In this document: piece by piece, positions 1-11,832 of the stretch
Position numbering within the stretch: position 1 is the stretch's first letter
Layout of the letters: the number at the start of each line of letters is the position of its first letter
Source: an uncultured delta proteobacterium
Lineage (GTDB): Bacteria; Myxococcota_A; Polyangia; Polyangiales; Polyangiaceae
Assembly (NCBI GenBank): GCA_963782055.1
Contig: CAWAIF010000003.1
Coordinates: 2,176,001 to 2,240,000, forward strand
Length of the DNA: 64,000 nucleotides
Direction of reading: 5' to 3'
Position numbers and translations under genes: made by a program
The notes under the pieces: model-generated
What the model was told of the DNA's origin: nothing
Seen by the model: only the letters and a program-made list of their open reading frames with translations
Databases searched by the model: none

Positions 1-961
1 CGGCCCCGCGAAGGGCGGACGGCACCTCCTCGTCGGCCGCCGCTTCTCCGGCGTTGGCAGCCAGGATCACCCAGCACACGCGCCGCTCCATCCGCGTCAG
101 CGAGGGCGCGGGCGGCGGCGCCGTCGCGACCGACGGGTCGCGCGTGGCCAGCGCGCCGAGCTCCTCGGCCAGCTCCCGCGCCGAGCGGGGCCGCTGCTTG
201 CGGTCCTTGGCGAGCAGGCGCATCACCACGTCGTCCAGCGCGGCGGGCACGCCGGGCGCCACCTCGCGCAGCCGCGGGGGGTCGTCCAGCAGGATCTTGG
301 CGAGCACCGCCGTCGCGTCGCGCGCGGCGAACGTCCGCCGCCCGGCGACGGCCTCGTAGAGCACGCACCCGAGCGAGAAGAGGTCGGTGCGGGCGTCGAC
401 CTCCTTGCTGCCCAGCGCCTGCTCGGGGGACATGTACGCGCACGAGCCGACAATCATGCCGGTGCGCGTGAGCCCGAGCGCTTCTCGCGCGCGCCTCGCC
501 ACGCCGAAGTCCACGAGCACGACGGCCTCCGCCGTGCCCCCCGGCAGCACCAGGTTGGAGGGCTTCACGTCGCGGTGCACCACCCCCGCCGCGTGCGCCA
601 CCGCCAGGGCCGCGGCGACCCGCGCCCCCAGCTTCGCCGCCTCCTCCGGGCGCAGCGCGCCGGTGCGCAGCACCGCGGAGAGGGTGGCGCCCTCCAGCCA
701 CTGCATGGCGAGGAAGGGCTGGCCCGACGCGGTCGCGCCCTCCGCCAGGTAGCGAACGATCGCCGGGTGCTCCAGCGTTCGAAGGATCGCCGCCTCCCGC
801 ACGAAGCGGTCCCGGCTCGCCGCGTCCGGGTGGGTGAGGACCTTGAGGGCCACCGTCTCGCCGGTGTCCCGGTCCAGCGCGCGGAAGACCCGGCCCATCC
901 CCCCGACGCCTGCTTCGCGCTCGATGAGATACCGCCCCGCGATGGTGTCACCCACCCGCAC
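1..961 (-). CDS. Hanks-type Ser/Thr protein kinase (runs off the left edge; C-terminal domains outside window)
   Basis: Manual translation from GTG at 961: GVGGMGRV, VALK, HRDVKPSN, DFG, YMSPEQ, DLFSLG; frame open to position 1. Confidence 0.93.
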   Translation of the reverse strand, partial: MRVGDTIAGRYLIEREAGVGGMGRVFRALDRDTGETVALKVLTHPDAASRDRFVREAAILRTLEHPAIVRYLAEGATASGQPFLAMQWLEGATLSAVLRTGALRPEEAAKLGARVAAALAVAHAAGVVHRDVKPSNLVLPGGTAEAVVLVDFGVARRAREALGLTRTGMIVGSCAYMSPEQALGSKEVDARTDLFSLGCVLYEAVAGRRTFAARDATAVLAKILLDDPPRLREVAPGVPAALDDVVMRLLAKDRKQRPRSARELAEELGALATRDPSVATAPPPAPSLTRMERRVCWVILAANAGEAAADEEVPSALRGA

Positions 962-1005
962 CTTCCCAGTATCCGGCCGGCCGCGAGCGTCGTAAAGGGA
1001 CGGAC

Positions 1006-1587
1006 GTGCGCACGCTCCTCTTCGTTCGCCACGGGCAGTACCACGAGACCAGCACAGGCATGCTGACGGCGCTCGGGCGCGAGCAGGCGCGGCGCACCGG
1101 TCGCGCTCTCACCCGGGACGCGCCGCAGCTCATCTGGACGAGCACGCTCCCGCGCGCGCTGGAGACCGCGGCGATCCTGGCCGAAGCGCTCCCGGGCGTG
1201 GCCGTGCGGCGCACTCCGCTGCTGCGCGAGGTCGTCCCCACGCGGCTCCCCGCCCGCCACAGCCTCGGCCTGTCCCCGGCGGACATCCGCGCCGATCGCG
1301 AGCGCGCCGACCGAGCGTTCGAGCGCCTCGTGCGGCCCTCGTCCCGGCCGCGGGTCGAGGCGGTGGTCTGCCACGGCAACCTCATCCGCTACCTGGTCTG
1401 CCGGGCGATGCGCGTCCGGGCCGGTGCGTGGACGCGCCTGGACTCTCTCCACTGCGGCATCACCGCGATGCGGGTGCTCTCCAGCGGCGCCGTGCGCGTC
1501 ACGTCCTACAACGACACGCGCCACCTGCCGCCGCGCCTGCGCACGATGAGCATGGTCGTGCGGGTCCGGGCGGCGGGCGTCAGGTGA
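1006..1587 (+). CDS. Histidine phosphatase family protein (PGAM5/SixA-like)
   Basis: N-terminal VRHGQ, RALETA and VCHGN motifs. Confidence 0.88.
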   Translation: MRTLLFVRHGQYHETSTGMLTALGREQARRTGRALTRDAPQLIWTSTLPRALETAAILAEALPGVAVRRTPLLREVVPTRLPARHSLGLSPADIRADRERADRAFERLVRPSSRPRVEAVVCHGNLIRYLVCRAMRVRAGAWTRLDSLHCGITAMRVLSSGAVRVTSYNDTRHLPPRLRTMSMVVRVRAAGVR

Positions 1588-2272
1588 AGGGGCGGAGCAG
1601 GACCACCGTCACCCGGTCGCGGGCGGTCTGGTAGAAGGTCTGCTCCGCCGCGCGCGTGCGCTCCACCGCGAGCCAGCGGGCGAGATCGTCCCGGCACTGG
1701 TCGTACGGGATGCGCCGGAAGGGGTGCGCGCTGGTCCGGTACACCTGCCGGAGCTGCTCGTCGGTGGGAAAGAGCACGGGGGTGATGCCGCGCTCGACGT
1801 AGAGCGCGGCGCGCGCCTTCCGGCGGAGCACCACCTCGACCTCCGAGCTGGAGATGCCTTCGGCGTCGGCGGCCCGCGCGAACGCGGCCTCGCCGCCGGT
1901 ACGCTGCGCGAGCGACTGCCGGAAGATGTCGGCGACACGCCCGACCGTCGCCTCGTCCGGCTCCTGATCCAGCGGGCGGTAGGCGAGCATCTCCTCCACC
2001 ACGTGCTGATCCAGCGCCGCGCGCAGATCGCGCTCGGCGTAGCCCTTGGAGGTGGGGTCCTCCTCCAGCGCGACGAGGCGCGCCTCGAACGCGAGGGTGC
2101 GCGCGGTGATGAAGAGCGGCCGGGAGGGGCCGCCCGTCTCCGGCGCGTAGAAGCGCACGGCGACGCCGTCGACCACGGCGGCGCGCGCCGGGGCGTCCGC
2201 GTGCGCGGTCGGTCCGGCGGCGGCCGCCGCGCCGGCGAGGGCGAGGACGAGCGCCGCCGCCCCCCGCCTCAC
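1580..2272 (-). CDS. Secreted hypothetical protein (possibly SurA N-terminal-like)
   Basis: 230-aa ORF with signal peptide; overlaps both neighbours. Confidence 0.65.
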   Translation of the reverse strand: MRRGAAALVLALAGAAAAAGPTAHADAPARAAVVDGVAVRFYAPETGGPSRPLFITARTLAFEARLVALEEDPTSKGYAERDLRAALDQHVVEEMLAYRPLDQEPDEATVGRVADIFRQSLAQRTGGEAAFARAADAEGISSSEVEVVLRRKARAALYVERGITPVLFPTDEQLRQVYRTSAHPFRRIPYDQCRDDLARWLAVERTRAAEQTFYQTARDRVTVVLLRPFT

Positions 2273-3042
2273 GAGGGGGTGGACTCCGGCGGGTCCGGGA
2301 CGCGCCGCGAGGACTCGGTCGCGTGGGCCTCCCGCTCCTGCTGCAGGTGCTCGTGGTGGTGCGCGAAGCCGCGCGCCGCGCGGCGCGCCTTCAAGAACTC
2401 GGCGAAGGAGACGAGCACGTCCAGGTCGCGCGGGCCGAGCGCCTCCCCCAGCTCGCGCAGGTGGGCGCGGCTGGCCTCCGCGCTGCGGGCGCGCCGCCCG
2501 CTGGAGGACTTGGGCGCCTCGTCCGGCGAGGCGGAGGAAGGCGCCACGCTCTCCGGGGAGGAGTCACGGTCCGACTCGGCCCACTGCGGCCGCGCGACGG
2601 CGCGGATCGCGTGCGCGTTGAGCCACGCCTCCATGAAGGCGCGGAGCCGCTCGCTGCGGAAGGTGAACCAGCGCTCCCGCTCCGGGCCGTAGGACATGAG
2701 CACGTCCTTGAAGCGGCGGAAGGCGCCCTTGCCATCGATGGCGGAGGTGAGCTTGCCGCGCAGGTCGGCGTCCTCCACCATCGGGATGAAGCGCTCCATC
2801 CAGCGGTACTGCTCGCGCGAGCTCACCGGATCGATGCGCAGGTAGTTGGTGTCCGAGGCGATGCGCACGTGCATCTGGGGGTCCGCGACGCCGTCGACGA
2901 CGCGCAGGACCTCGCCGGTCGTCAGGTGCAGGTAACTGTGCACCTCCGGCGCGTTGTTCTCGAAGGCGTCCTCGAGTGCTTCCCAGTCGACCGGGACGTC
3001 ACGGGGCGTGGCGGAGCTCTCCGCCGATTCGGTGTCGTTCAC
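2269..3042 (-). CDS. UPF0158 family protein
   Basis: DWEALEDAF..YLHLTTGEV..MERFI..GKGAFRRFKD..W pattern; GTG at 3042 with GGAG upstream (ORF extends to 3120). Confidence 0.8.
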   Translation of the reverse strand: MNDTESAESSATPRDVPVDWEALEDAFENNAPEVHSYLHLTTGEVLRVVDGVADPQMHVRIASDTNYLRIDPVSSREQYRWMERFIPMVEDADLRGKLTSAIDGKGAFRRFKDVLMSYGPERERWFTFRSERLRAFMEAWLNAHAIRAVARPQWAESDRDSSPESVAPSSASPDEAPKSSSGRRARSAEASRAHLRELGEALGPRDLDVLVSFAEFLKARRAARGFAHHHEHLQQEREAHATESSRRVPDPPESTPS

Positions 3043-3184
3043 AGCACTGCTCCCTTCCGTCGAGACAGGCGACCCGCTCCCGGGCTTGGGATGGTGGTGC
3101 CGCGGGCTGGGCGGAACCACCAGGTTGCCGGCTCGACAAGCCGAAAAGACGAAACTTACATCTAAGATGGCACGTCGAGCGTCA

Positions 3185-4756
<1,572 letters not shown>

Positions 4757-6574
4757 TCAGCGCAGGCGCGGCCGGGAGAAGATGGACGAGCCGAGGAAGA
4801 GGATGCCCGCCACCACGCCCGCGCCGATGAACCAGCGCCCGGTGTCGTCCTCGCCGTGGAAGTGGAGCTGCAGCGCCGCGTAGCCCGACGCCACGCCGAC
4901 GGCCGCGTAGATCACCTGGCGGCCGACCACGTACAGGGTGCGCGCGCCCTCCTGCACGCCCTTGACGCGCACCTCCAGCTCGCCGCGTGTCGCGCGCGTC
5001 AGGTACTTGCGCAGGTCCTCGGGGAGGGTGACGGCGCTGAGCGCCATGTCGCGCACCGTCTCCATGGCCACCTGCTGCCAGTCGCGGTTGCCCAGGACGA
5101 AGTCCTGCAGGTAAGGCTGGATGATCGCCATCGGGTTGAGCTCGGGGTCGAGCACGGTGCAGCAGCCGTAGAGGAGCAGCAGCGTGCGCTCCAGGAGCAC
5201 CCAGTCCTTCGGGATGTGAAAGGCGCCGGAGAGCTCCTTGAGCCCGATGTTCATCTTGCGCAGGTCGAGGAGGTTCTCGAAGCCGCGCTGCGGGTCGATC
5301 TTGATGTCCTTGAGGTTGAAGCTCTCCAGCTTCACCTCTTCCTGGAACTTGCGGTGGAAGTACTCGACGATCTTCTCCGAGACCTGATCGTCCGCCATGC
5401 GCGAGAGGAAGCCCATCTTGCGCAGCGCCTTGATGATGCCCTCGGTGTCGCGGCGCAGGACGCCCTCGAGGAACTCCGGGATGCCGTCCCGCATCTGCGG
5501 GGAGAGCTCCGCCACCGCGCCGAAGTCGAGCAGCACCAGCGAGCCGTCCGCCTGCACCAGCACGTTCCCGGGGTGCGGGTCGGCGTGGTAGATGCCGTCG
5601 ACGAAGATCATCTGGCAGTACGCGCGCACCAGGCGGCTGGCGAGGTCCTTCTTGTCGAGGCCCATCGCGTCGATGGCCGCCACGTCGCCGATCTTCACCC
5701 CCTCCACGAAGGTGGTGGTGAGGACGCGCTGGGTGGACAGCTCCCGGATGGGCGTGGGGAAGACGATGCGCGCGTCGTCGGTGAAGTGCCGGGAGATGCG
5801 CTCGATGTTGTCGGCCTCGCGGCTGAAGTCGAGCTCCTCCGAGAGCAGCCCCTTGATCTGGTGGTAGTAGGCGTCCAGCCCCTGCACCGGCACGAACCAC
5901 TGCACGATCGCCATGATGCGGCGGATGGTGATGAGATCGACGCGCACCACCTCGTCGATGTCCTTGTGCTGGACCTTCACCGCCACGCGCAGGCCCTCGC
6001 GCGTGCGCGCCTCGTGCACCTGGCCGAGCGACGCGCTGGCGATGGGCGCCCGATGGAACTCGGCGAAGAGGTCGTCCACCTTCCCGCCCAGCTCGCTCTG
6101 GATGCGCTGGGCGATCTCCTCGAAGGGGCGCGGCGGTACCTGGTCCTGCAGCCCCTCCAGCTCCGCGCGGAAGGCCTCGGGCAGGAAGTTCGCCATGATC
6201 GAGAGGAGCTGCCCCACCTTGATGAAGAGGCCCTGCAGCTCCAGGATCGTCGCGTTGACGAGGGCCGCGTTGCGCCGGTGCACCTCCGCGATGCGCTGCT
6301 TGCGCCACGCGTCGCCGAGCAGCCGCGACCAGAAGGCGAGCCAGACGTAGCTGCCGATGACCTGGAAGGTGGTGAAGTACGCGCGGAGGAAGCGCCAGGT
6401 GTTGGTGGCGCGCGGCCGGTACTGCACCACGGGCGGCGCGGGGGGCCCCGGCGCGGCCATCGGCGCGGTGGGGGAGGGCTCGGCGACCGCCAGCGACGCG
6501 GCGGGGTGCGGCCCGCTCGCCGGCCCCTCCGCCGGAGGCGGCTCCTGCTCCTTCGCCAGCTCGGGCTCGGCCAT
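4757..6574 (-). CDS. ABC1/AarF/UbiB atypical kinase
   Basis: IKVGQ, ASASLGQVH, VAVKVQ, HADPHPGN, LDFG; C-terminal TM helices. Confidence 0.92.
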   Translation of the reverse strand: MAEPELAKEQEPPPAEGPASGPHPAASLAVAEPSPTAPMAAPGPPAPPVVQYRPRATNTWRFLRAYFTTFQVIGSYVWLAFWSRLLGDAWRKQRIAEVHRRNAALVNATILELQGLFIKVGQLLSIMANFLPEAFRAELEGLQDQVPPRPFEEIAQRIQSELGGKVDDLFAEFHRAPIASASLGQVHEARTREGLRVAVKVQHKDIDEVVRVDLITIRRIMAIVQWFVPVQGLDAYYHQIKGLLSEELDFSREADNIERISRHFTDDARIVFPTPIRELSTQRVLTTTFVEGVKIGDVAAIDAMGLDKKDLASRLVRAYCQMIFVDGIYHADPHPGNVLVQADGSLVLLDFGAVAELSPQMRDGIPEFLEGVLRRDTEGIIKALRKMGFLSRMADDQVSEKIVEYFHRKFQEEVKLESFNLKDIKIDPQRGFENLLDLRKMNIGLKELSGAFHIPKDWVLLERTLLLLYGCCTVLDPELNPMAIIQPYLQDFVLGNRDWQQVAMETVRDMALSAVTLPEDLRKYLTRATRGELEVRVKGVQEGARTLYVVGRQVIYAAVGVASGYAALQLHFHGEDDTGRWFIGAGVVAGILFLGSSIFSRPRLR

Positions 6575-6648
6575 GCCCCAAGCCTAGTGCACCGCCGCGG
6601 CGGCGGCGACTCTTCGACGCCGCGCGCCGCGGGCTCCGGCCGGGGGCG

Positions 6649-7707
6649 CTACGCCACGGCGAGCGCCGCCCGCGCCAGCGCGTCGTGGGCGCGCGGCCGG
6701 GCCTCCCGGATCGCCACATTTTCGCGTGTAGGATGCACGCGATTGGTCAGGACGGCGGCGATCACCTCCGCGTCGGGGTCGATCCAGAAGCTGGTCCCGG
6801 TGAACCCCAGGTGCCCGAAGCTCCGCGGCCCGAGCACCGTCCCGGCCGACGACCCCTCCGCGCTCTTGCCGTCGAAGCCGGCGCGCAGGGTCCCGCCCGG
6901 GCGGTCGCGCACCAGCCAGGCGAGGTCCCCCGCCAGCGGCGACGACCGGCCGGCGACGGCGTCGAGCACCGCCTCGGCGAAGCGGAGCACCGCGCCGATC
7001 TTGCCGAAGAGGCCCGCGTGCCCGCACGCGCCCTCCGCCGCGATGGCCCACGCGTTCTCGTCGTGCACGCGCCCGCGCACCTCCCCGCCGCGCCACGGCG
7101 CGATCTCGGTGGGCGCCGCGCGCCGCACGAGGTCGATGCCCTGCGCTTCGAGGTCGCGCGCGCAGCCGAGCACGGCGCCCAGCCCCAGCGGGTCGATGAC
7201 CAGGTCGCGCATGGCGCCCGAGGCGTCGGTCTCCTGGCGCGTCCGCGCGAGGGCCGCGCCGGCGAGGAGGTAGCCGAGGTCGCTGTAGACCGGCGCCGCC
7301 GGCAGCGCCGGCGCGTCCTCCCGCCGCGCGCACGCCGCCTCCCGCAGCGCCGCCGGGACGTCGACCGCGCCGCCGAGCAGGAGGGGCGCGAAGAGGGGAA
7401 GGTGCGAGGCCAGCCCCGCGCGGTGCGCGAGCAAGAGCTCGACCGGCGTCTCCTCGCTGGGCGTCCCCCGCGCCTCCTCGAGCAGCCCCCCAAGGGGCAT
7501 CTCCCGCGTGATCCCGCTGCGGGCGAAGGCCACGGCGAAGATCGGCTTGGTCAGGCTGGCGAGGTCGTAGAAGAGCCCGGCCCGTCCGCCCACTGCCCGC
7601 TGCCACTCCCCGCCCCGCCGGGACGAAAAACCTGCGGCCGCGGCGGGCGCCACCCCGCGCGCCTCGAGCTCTGCCGCCACCTGATCACAGGTCTCCTCGC
7701 CGGTCAT
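6649..7707 (-). CDS. Serine hydrolase (beta-lactamase/PBP family)
   Basis: SxxK (ASLTK), YSD, GHLGFTG motifs. Confidence 0.88.
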   Translation of the reverse strand: MTGEETCDQVAAELEARGVAPAAAAGFSSRRGGEWQRAVGGRAGLFYDLASLTKPIFAVAFARSGITREMPLGGLLEEARGTPSEETPVELLLAHRAGLASHLPLFAPLLLGGAVDVPAALREAACARREDAPALPAAPVYSDLGYLLAGAALARTRQETDASGAMRDLVIDPLGLGAVLGCARDLEAQGIDLVRRAAPTEIAPWRGGEVRGRVHDENAWAIAAEGACGHAGLFGKIGAVLRFAEAVLDAVAGRSSPLAGDLAWLVRDRPGGTLRAGFDGKSAEGSSAGTVLGPRSFGHLGFTGTSFWIDPDAEVIAAVLTNRVHPTRENVAIREARPRAHDALARAALAVA

Positions 7708-7755
7708 CCATCCCTTTTTGACCAAGAGCGACGAAAGACGCTAACTTTATGCGAT

Positions 7756-8976
7756 ATGGCCGAGTGGCTGTGGGAAGCGCGCGCCCCCGGGGGAGAGGTC
7801 CGGAAGGGATCCATGGAGGCCGACTCCGAGGACATGGTCCAGAGTCGTCTGCGCGCGCAGCGCCTGATGCCCACGAAGGTGAAGAAGAAGGGCATCTCCA
7901 TCAAGCTGGGGAAGATCTCCTTCGGCAGCGGCGTCGGGCAGAAGGACCTCGTCACCTTCACGCGCCTGCTCGCCACCATGATCGACGCCGGCCTGCCCAT
8001 CGTGCAGTGCCTCGACATCCTGCAGAACCAGACCGACAACAAGGCGTTCTCCGGCATCATCAATGACGTCAAGTCGCAGGTCGAGCAGGGCAAGACCTTC
8101 AGCGAGGCCCTCTCGCGTCACGGCTCCGTCTTCGACACCCTCTACTGCAACCTCGTCCAGGCGGGCGAGGCGGGCGGCATCCTGGACACCATCCTGCAGC
8201 GACTCGCCGTCTACAACGAGAAGAACGCGAAGCTGAAGCGGCAGCTGCGCGGCGCGATGGTCTACCCGAGCATCGTCCTCACCGTCTTCTTCGGCGTGTG
8301 CGGCATCCTGCTCGGCTGGGTCATCCCCTCCTTCAAGAACATCTTCAAGGACCTCGGCTCCAAGGACGACCTGCCCAAGCTCACCTCCGTCGTCATCAAG
8401 GTGTCGGAGGGCTTCATCAGCGGCCTGCCCATCATCATCCCGCTGCTCATCGCCTCGATCGTCGGCTTCATCTACGCGTACCGCGTGCCCAAGTTCAAGC
8501 GGGCGGTGCACAAGATCCTGCTGCGCGTGCCCATCATCGGCAACGTCATCCGCAAGATCGCCGTCGCCCGCTTCACGCGCACCCTCGGCACCCTGCTCTC
8601 CTCCGGCGTGCCCATCCTGGACGCGATGGACATCGTCGCCCGCACCGCCGGCAACATGATCATCGAGGAGGCGATCCAGTACGCCCGCACCAAGATCAGC
8701 GAGGGCCGCAACATGGCCGAGCCGCTGATGGAGGCGAACGTCTTCCCGCCGATGGTCGTGCAGATGGTCGGCGTCGGCGAGCAGACCGGCGCGCTGGACG
8801 CCATGCTCAACAAGATCGCCGACTTCTACGAGGAGGAGGTCGACGTCGCCGTGGCCGCGCTGACGAGCATGATCGAGCCGGTGATGATGGTGGGCATCGG
8901 CAGCGTCGTCGGCACGGTGCTCCTCGCCATGTACCTGCCGATCTTCTCGCTCGCGGGCAAGATCAAGTCCGAGTGA
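7756..8976 (+). CDS. pilC: Type IV pilus platform protein PilC (T2SS F family)
   Basis: FTRLLATMIDAGLP, AGEAGG, AMVYP, GEQTGALD, EEEVD, MIEP, MYLPIF; ATG at 7756 inside ORF 6685-8976. Confidence 0.93.
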   Translation: MAEWLWEARAPGGEVRKGSMEADSEDMVQSRLRAQRLMPTKVKKKGISIKLGKISFGSGVGQKDLVTFTRLLATMIDAGLPIVQCLDILQNQTDNKAFSGIINDVKSQVEQGKTFSEALSRHGSVFDTLYCNLVQAGEAGGILDTILQRLAVYNEKNAKLKRQLRGAMVYPSIVLTVFFGVCGILLGWVIPSFKNIFKDLGSKDDLPKLTSVVIKVSEGFISGLPIIIPLLIASIVGFIYAYRVPKFKRAVHKILLRVPIIGNVIRKIAVARFTRTLGTLLSSGVPILDAMDIVARTAGNMIIEEAIQYARTKISEGRNMAEPLMEANVFPPMVVQMVGVGEQTGALDAMLNKIADFYEEEVDVAVAALTSMIEPVMMVGIGSVVGTVLLAMYLPIFSLAGKIKSE

Positions 8977-8979
8977 GCG

Positions 8980-10311
8980 GTGGCGGAGGGGCCGGTCGAC
9001 GTCGGGCTGCGCGCGCGTCTCGCGTGGGTCACTGGCGCGCGCCTCTTCGTGCTGACGCTGCTGCTCGGCGCCACCGCCTTCTTCTACCTGCGCGGCAGCC
9101 TGGATCGCTACCCGGAGAGCATGCGCATCGTGTTCAGCACGATCGCGCTCGCGTATGCCATCTCCGCCGTCGAGGCGGCGATGCTCCGGCGCGTGCGCCG
9201 CCTGCGCGCGCTGGCGGTCATCCACCTCGTCATCGACCAGTGCCTGTGGACCGCCATCGTGTACGTGTCCGGCGGCCCGGCGAGCGGCGCCACCTCCTTC
9301 TACGGGCTGACCGTGCTCGTGGGCGCCGTGCTGATCGGCGTGCGCGGGGCCGCGGTGGCGGGCGCGGTGGGCTTCGCCCTCTACGGCGCGCTCGGCTCGG
9401 CGATCGTCACGCACCTGGTGGTGCCACCGCCCGACCAGCCTCTCGGCAGCTACGCCACCACCTGGCGGGAGCTCCTCTATCCGCTGCTGCTCAACGCGCT
9501 CGGCATCGGCGTCGTCGGCATGCTCGCCGGCTACCTCGCCGAGCGCCTGCGCACGACGGGCGGCGCGCTGGAGGTCGCCCGCCGCCGCTACACCGAGGCG
9601 GAGCGGCTCGCCGAGCTGGGCCGCATCGCGGCGTGGCTCGCGCACGAGATCCGCAACCCGCTCGGTTCCATCTCCGGCTCGATCGAGATGCTGCGCGAGG
9701 CACCCGCGCTCTCCCCGGAGGACCGCGAGCTCTGCGACATCGTCTCGCGGGAGGTCACGCGCCTCAACGACCTGGTCGGCGACATGCTCGACCTCTCCAA
9801 GACCCGCCGCCCCTCCGCCGAGGCGGTCGACGTCGCCGAGCTCGCCCGCGACGTCGTCTCGCTGGCGAATCGCTCGGCCGCCCCCAAGGCGGTGACGGTG
9901 GCCTACGAGGGCCCCGCCGGCGAGGTGGCCACGCGCTGCGACGGCGCGCAGATGCGGCAGGTGCTGTGGAACCTCGTCCGCAACGCCGTCCAGGTCAGCC
10001 CCTCGGGGAGCACCGTGACCGTGCGCGTCGACCCGGAGGGGGACCGCGTCGCGCTCACGGTCGACGATCGGGGCCCCGGCATCACGCCCGAGACGCGCGC
10101 GCGCATCTTCGACGCCTTCTACACCACGCACACGCACGGCGTGGGCATCGGTCTGGCGGTGGTCAAGCGCATCGTCGACGACCACGCCTCGATGGGCGCC
10201 ACGATCGAGGTGCAGAGCCTAGACGCCGGCGGCACACGCTTCCGGGTGACGCTGCGCAGGCCCAGCCCCTCCCTGCGGCGGAGCCTGTCCCCTCGCGCCC
10301 TCGCGAAGTAG
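8980..10311 (+). CDS. pilS: PilS-like membrane sensor histidine kinase
   Basis: Multi-TM N-terminus; AHEIRNPL H-box, NLVRNA, DRGPGI, GIGL; directly after pilC. Confidence 0.8.
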   Translation: MAEGPVDVGLRARLAWVTGARLFVLTLLLGATAFFYLRGSLDRYPESMRIVFSTIALAYAISAVEAAMLRRVRRLRALAVIHLVIDQCLWTAIVYVSGGPASGATSFYGLTVLVGAVLIGVRGAAVAGAVGFALYGALGSAIVTHLVVPPPDQPLGSYATTWRELLYPLLLNALGIGVVGMLAGYLAERLRTTGGALEVARRRYTEAERLAELGRIAAWLAHEIRNPLGSISGSIEMLREAPALSPEDRELCDIVSREVTRLNDLVGDMLDLSKTRRPSAEAVDVAELARDVVSLANRSAAPKAVTVAYEGPAGEVATRCDGAQMRQVLWNLVRNAVQVSPSGSTVTVRVDPEGDRVALTVDDRGPGITPETRARIFDAFYTTHTHGVGIGLAVVKRIVDDHASMGATIEVQSLDAGGTRFRVTLRRPSPSLRRSLSPRALAK

Positions 10312-10467
10312 GCGACAACCGAGGACGCGCGTCCACACCCCGGCCGTGAACCGCCGCCGGATCGTGAGCATGCTCGCGATCGGCCGCGCCGCCTGGCCTC
10401 CCGCGGACGCCCCCGGTGCGCGCCCCCTGCGCCTCGAGGGGCGATCTCGCGCAAAAGCAGCCGCGGA

Positions 10468-10483
10468 TGGGCTCTTTCTTGCT
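10468..10483 (+). promoter_or_regulatory. Possible sigma54 (-24/-12) promoter
   Basis: TGGGCTCTTTCTTGCT fits GG-N10-GC, upstream of the MlaC-like gene. Confidence 0.35.
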
Positions 10484-10526
10484 TGCTTGAATCGTGGACG
10501 CTAAACCCCCGTCCAACCCCGTGACC

Positions 10527-11210
10527 ATGAGCCCCATCCGCCGCCTCGTCTCCTCCATCCTGTCGTGGTCTCGCCCGGTCGCCCTCGCCCTGGCGTCCTC
10601 CGGCTGGGCGCCCCGCGCCGCCGCCGTCGCCGTCGCCGGCCTGGTGGTGCTCGCTCCCGCCGTGGCCCGCGCCGACACGCCCGAGAACTTCGTGCGCACC
10701 GGGCACGCCCAGCTCGACTCGCTGCTGCGGCAGGCGCCGTCCGCGGGGCGGGAAGCGCGCATCGCCGCCATCTTCGGCAAGATCATCGACTACGACGAGC
10801 TCATTCGCCGCTGCTTCAAGGAACACTGGACCCAGCTCAGCGCCGATCAGCGGAGCGAGGTCGCCGGCCTGCTGAAGCAGCTCGTCGAGAAGAACTACCA
10901 GAAGAACCTGAAGCGGACGCTCGACTACACCATCACGTACACCGGGTCGCGCGCCCAGGGCAGCGACGTGCGGGTGCGCACGCAGGCCAAGAGCAAGCTC
11001 AACGCGCGCGAGCCGGTCGTCCAGGTGGACTACATCGTCGCGGGTCCCGCCGGCGGTCCGTACCACGTCGTGGACATCGTCACCGAGGGCTCCAGCCTCA
11101 CCAAGAACTACTACAGCCAGTTTCACCGCATGCTCAACACGCAGAGCGAGGGCTACCCGTACATCGTCCGCAAGCTCCGCGCGAAGATCGCCAAGCTGGA
11201 CAAGCAGTAG
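10527..11210 (+). CDS. MlaC/Ttg2D-like periplasmic binding protein
   Basis: Signal peptide; IDYDEL..W..LS..QR, VDY, VVDIVTEGSSL..NY.SQF pattern. Confidence 0.8.
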   Translation: MSPIRRLVSSILSWSRPVALALASSGWAPRAAAVAVAGLVVLAPAVARADTPENFVRTGHAQLDSLLRQAPSAGREARIAAIFGKIIDYDELIRRCFKEHWTQLSADQRSEVAGLLKQLVEKNYQKNLKRTLDYTITYTGSRAQGSDVRVRTQAKSKLNAREPVVQVDYIVAGPAGGPYHVVDIVTEGSSLTKNYYSQFHRMLNTQSEGYPYIVRKLRAKIAKLDKQ

Positions 11211-11325
11211 CCCTCACCCGCCGCTCCCGAGAGCGCGTCATCAGGTATCCAACCCCGACGCGTAGCGGAGGGCCCGCGTGGGGAGGGGCCCCGGAGGGGC
11301 CCCGCCGAATTCAATTCACATCCTC

Positions 11326-11826
11326 TCAGTGCGTACCGGTGCCGTGGGCGCCGGCCTCCGCGGGCTCCACGTACACGCTGAGCGGCTCCAGCATGGAGAG
11401 CTGCTCGCGCGCGATCCCCACGCCGCGGTCGGAGAAGAACAGGTCGTTTTCGTCCATCGTCGCGCGCTGCTGCGCGATGAAGAGGATCGGGTCCGCGGTG
11501 CGCGTGTAGCCGAGCTGGACGAGCGTGCCCTTCGGCCAGTTGCCGCCATCGAACTCGAGGCCCTTGCGCAGCATGTAGAACCCCTCCGGCGCGAGGCGCA
11601 CGAGCGTGTCCGCCCACGCGAGCCCGCGGAAGGGGATGCCGGCGCCGTGGAAGTGCCAGCGGTTCATGATGTTGTGGTCCGGCGCGATCACGACGGGCAG
11701 GCCCGCGTCGGAGTGGTTGTGGAAGTACGCGAGCGCCCCCGCCCCGATCTCCGACTCGTGCTCGGGCAGCGCCTTGGTGGTCCGGTACAGGCCGCAGGGC
11801 GGCAGGATGCTCTTGATGGACGCCAT
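11326..11826 (-). CDS. Hypothetical protein
   Basis: 166-aa ORF with host-like codon usage. Confidence 0.7.
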   Translation of the reverse strand: MASIKSILPPCGLYRTTKALPEHESEIGAGALAYFHNHSDAGLPVVIAPDHNIMNRWHFHGAGIPFRGLAWADTLVRLAPEGFYMLRKGLEFDGGNWPKGTLVQLGYTRTADPILFIAQQRATMDENDLFFSDRGVGIAREQLSMLEPLSVYVEPAEAGAHGTGTH

Positions 11827-11832
11827 GACGGG

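Noticed and set aside
10360..10381. Near-palindrome GATCGTGAGCATGCTCGCGATC as an operator
   Set aside because: Single occurrence in GC-rich DNA with no assignable regulator
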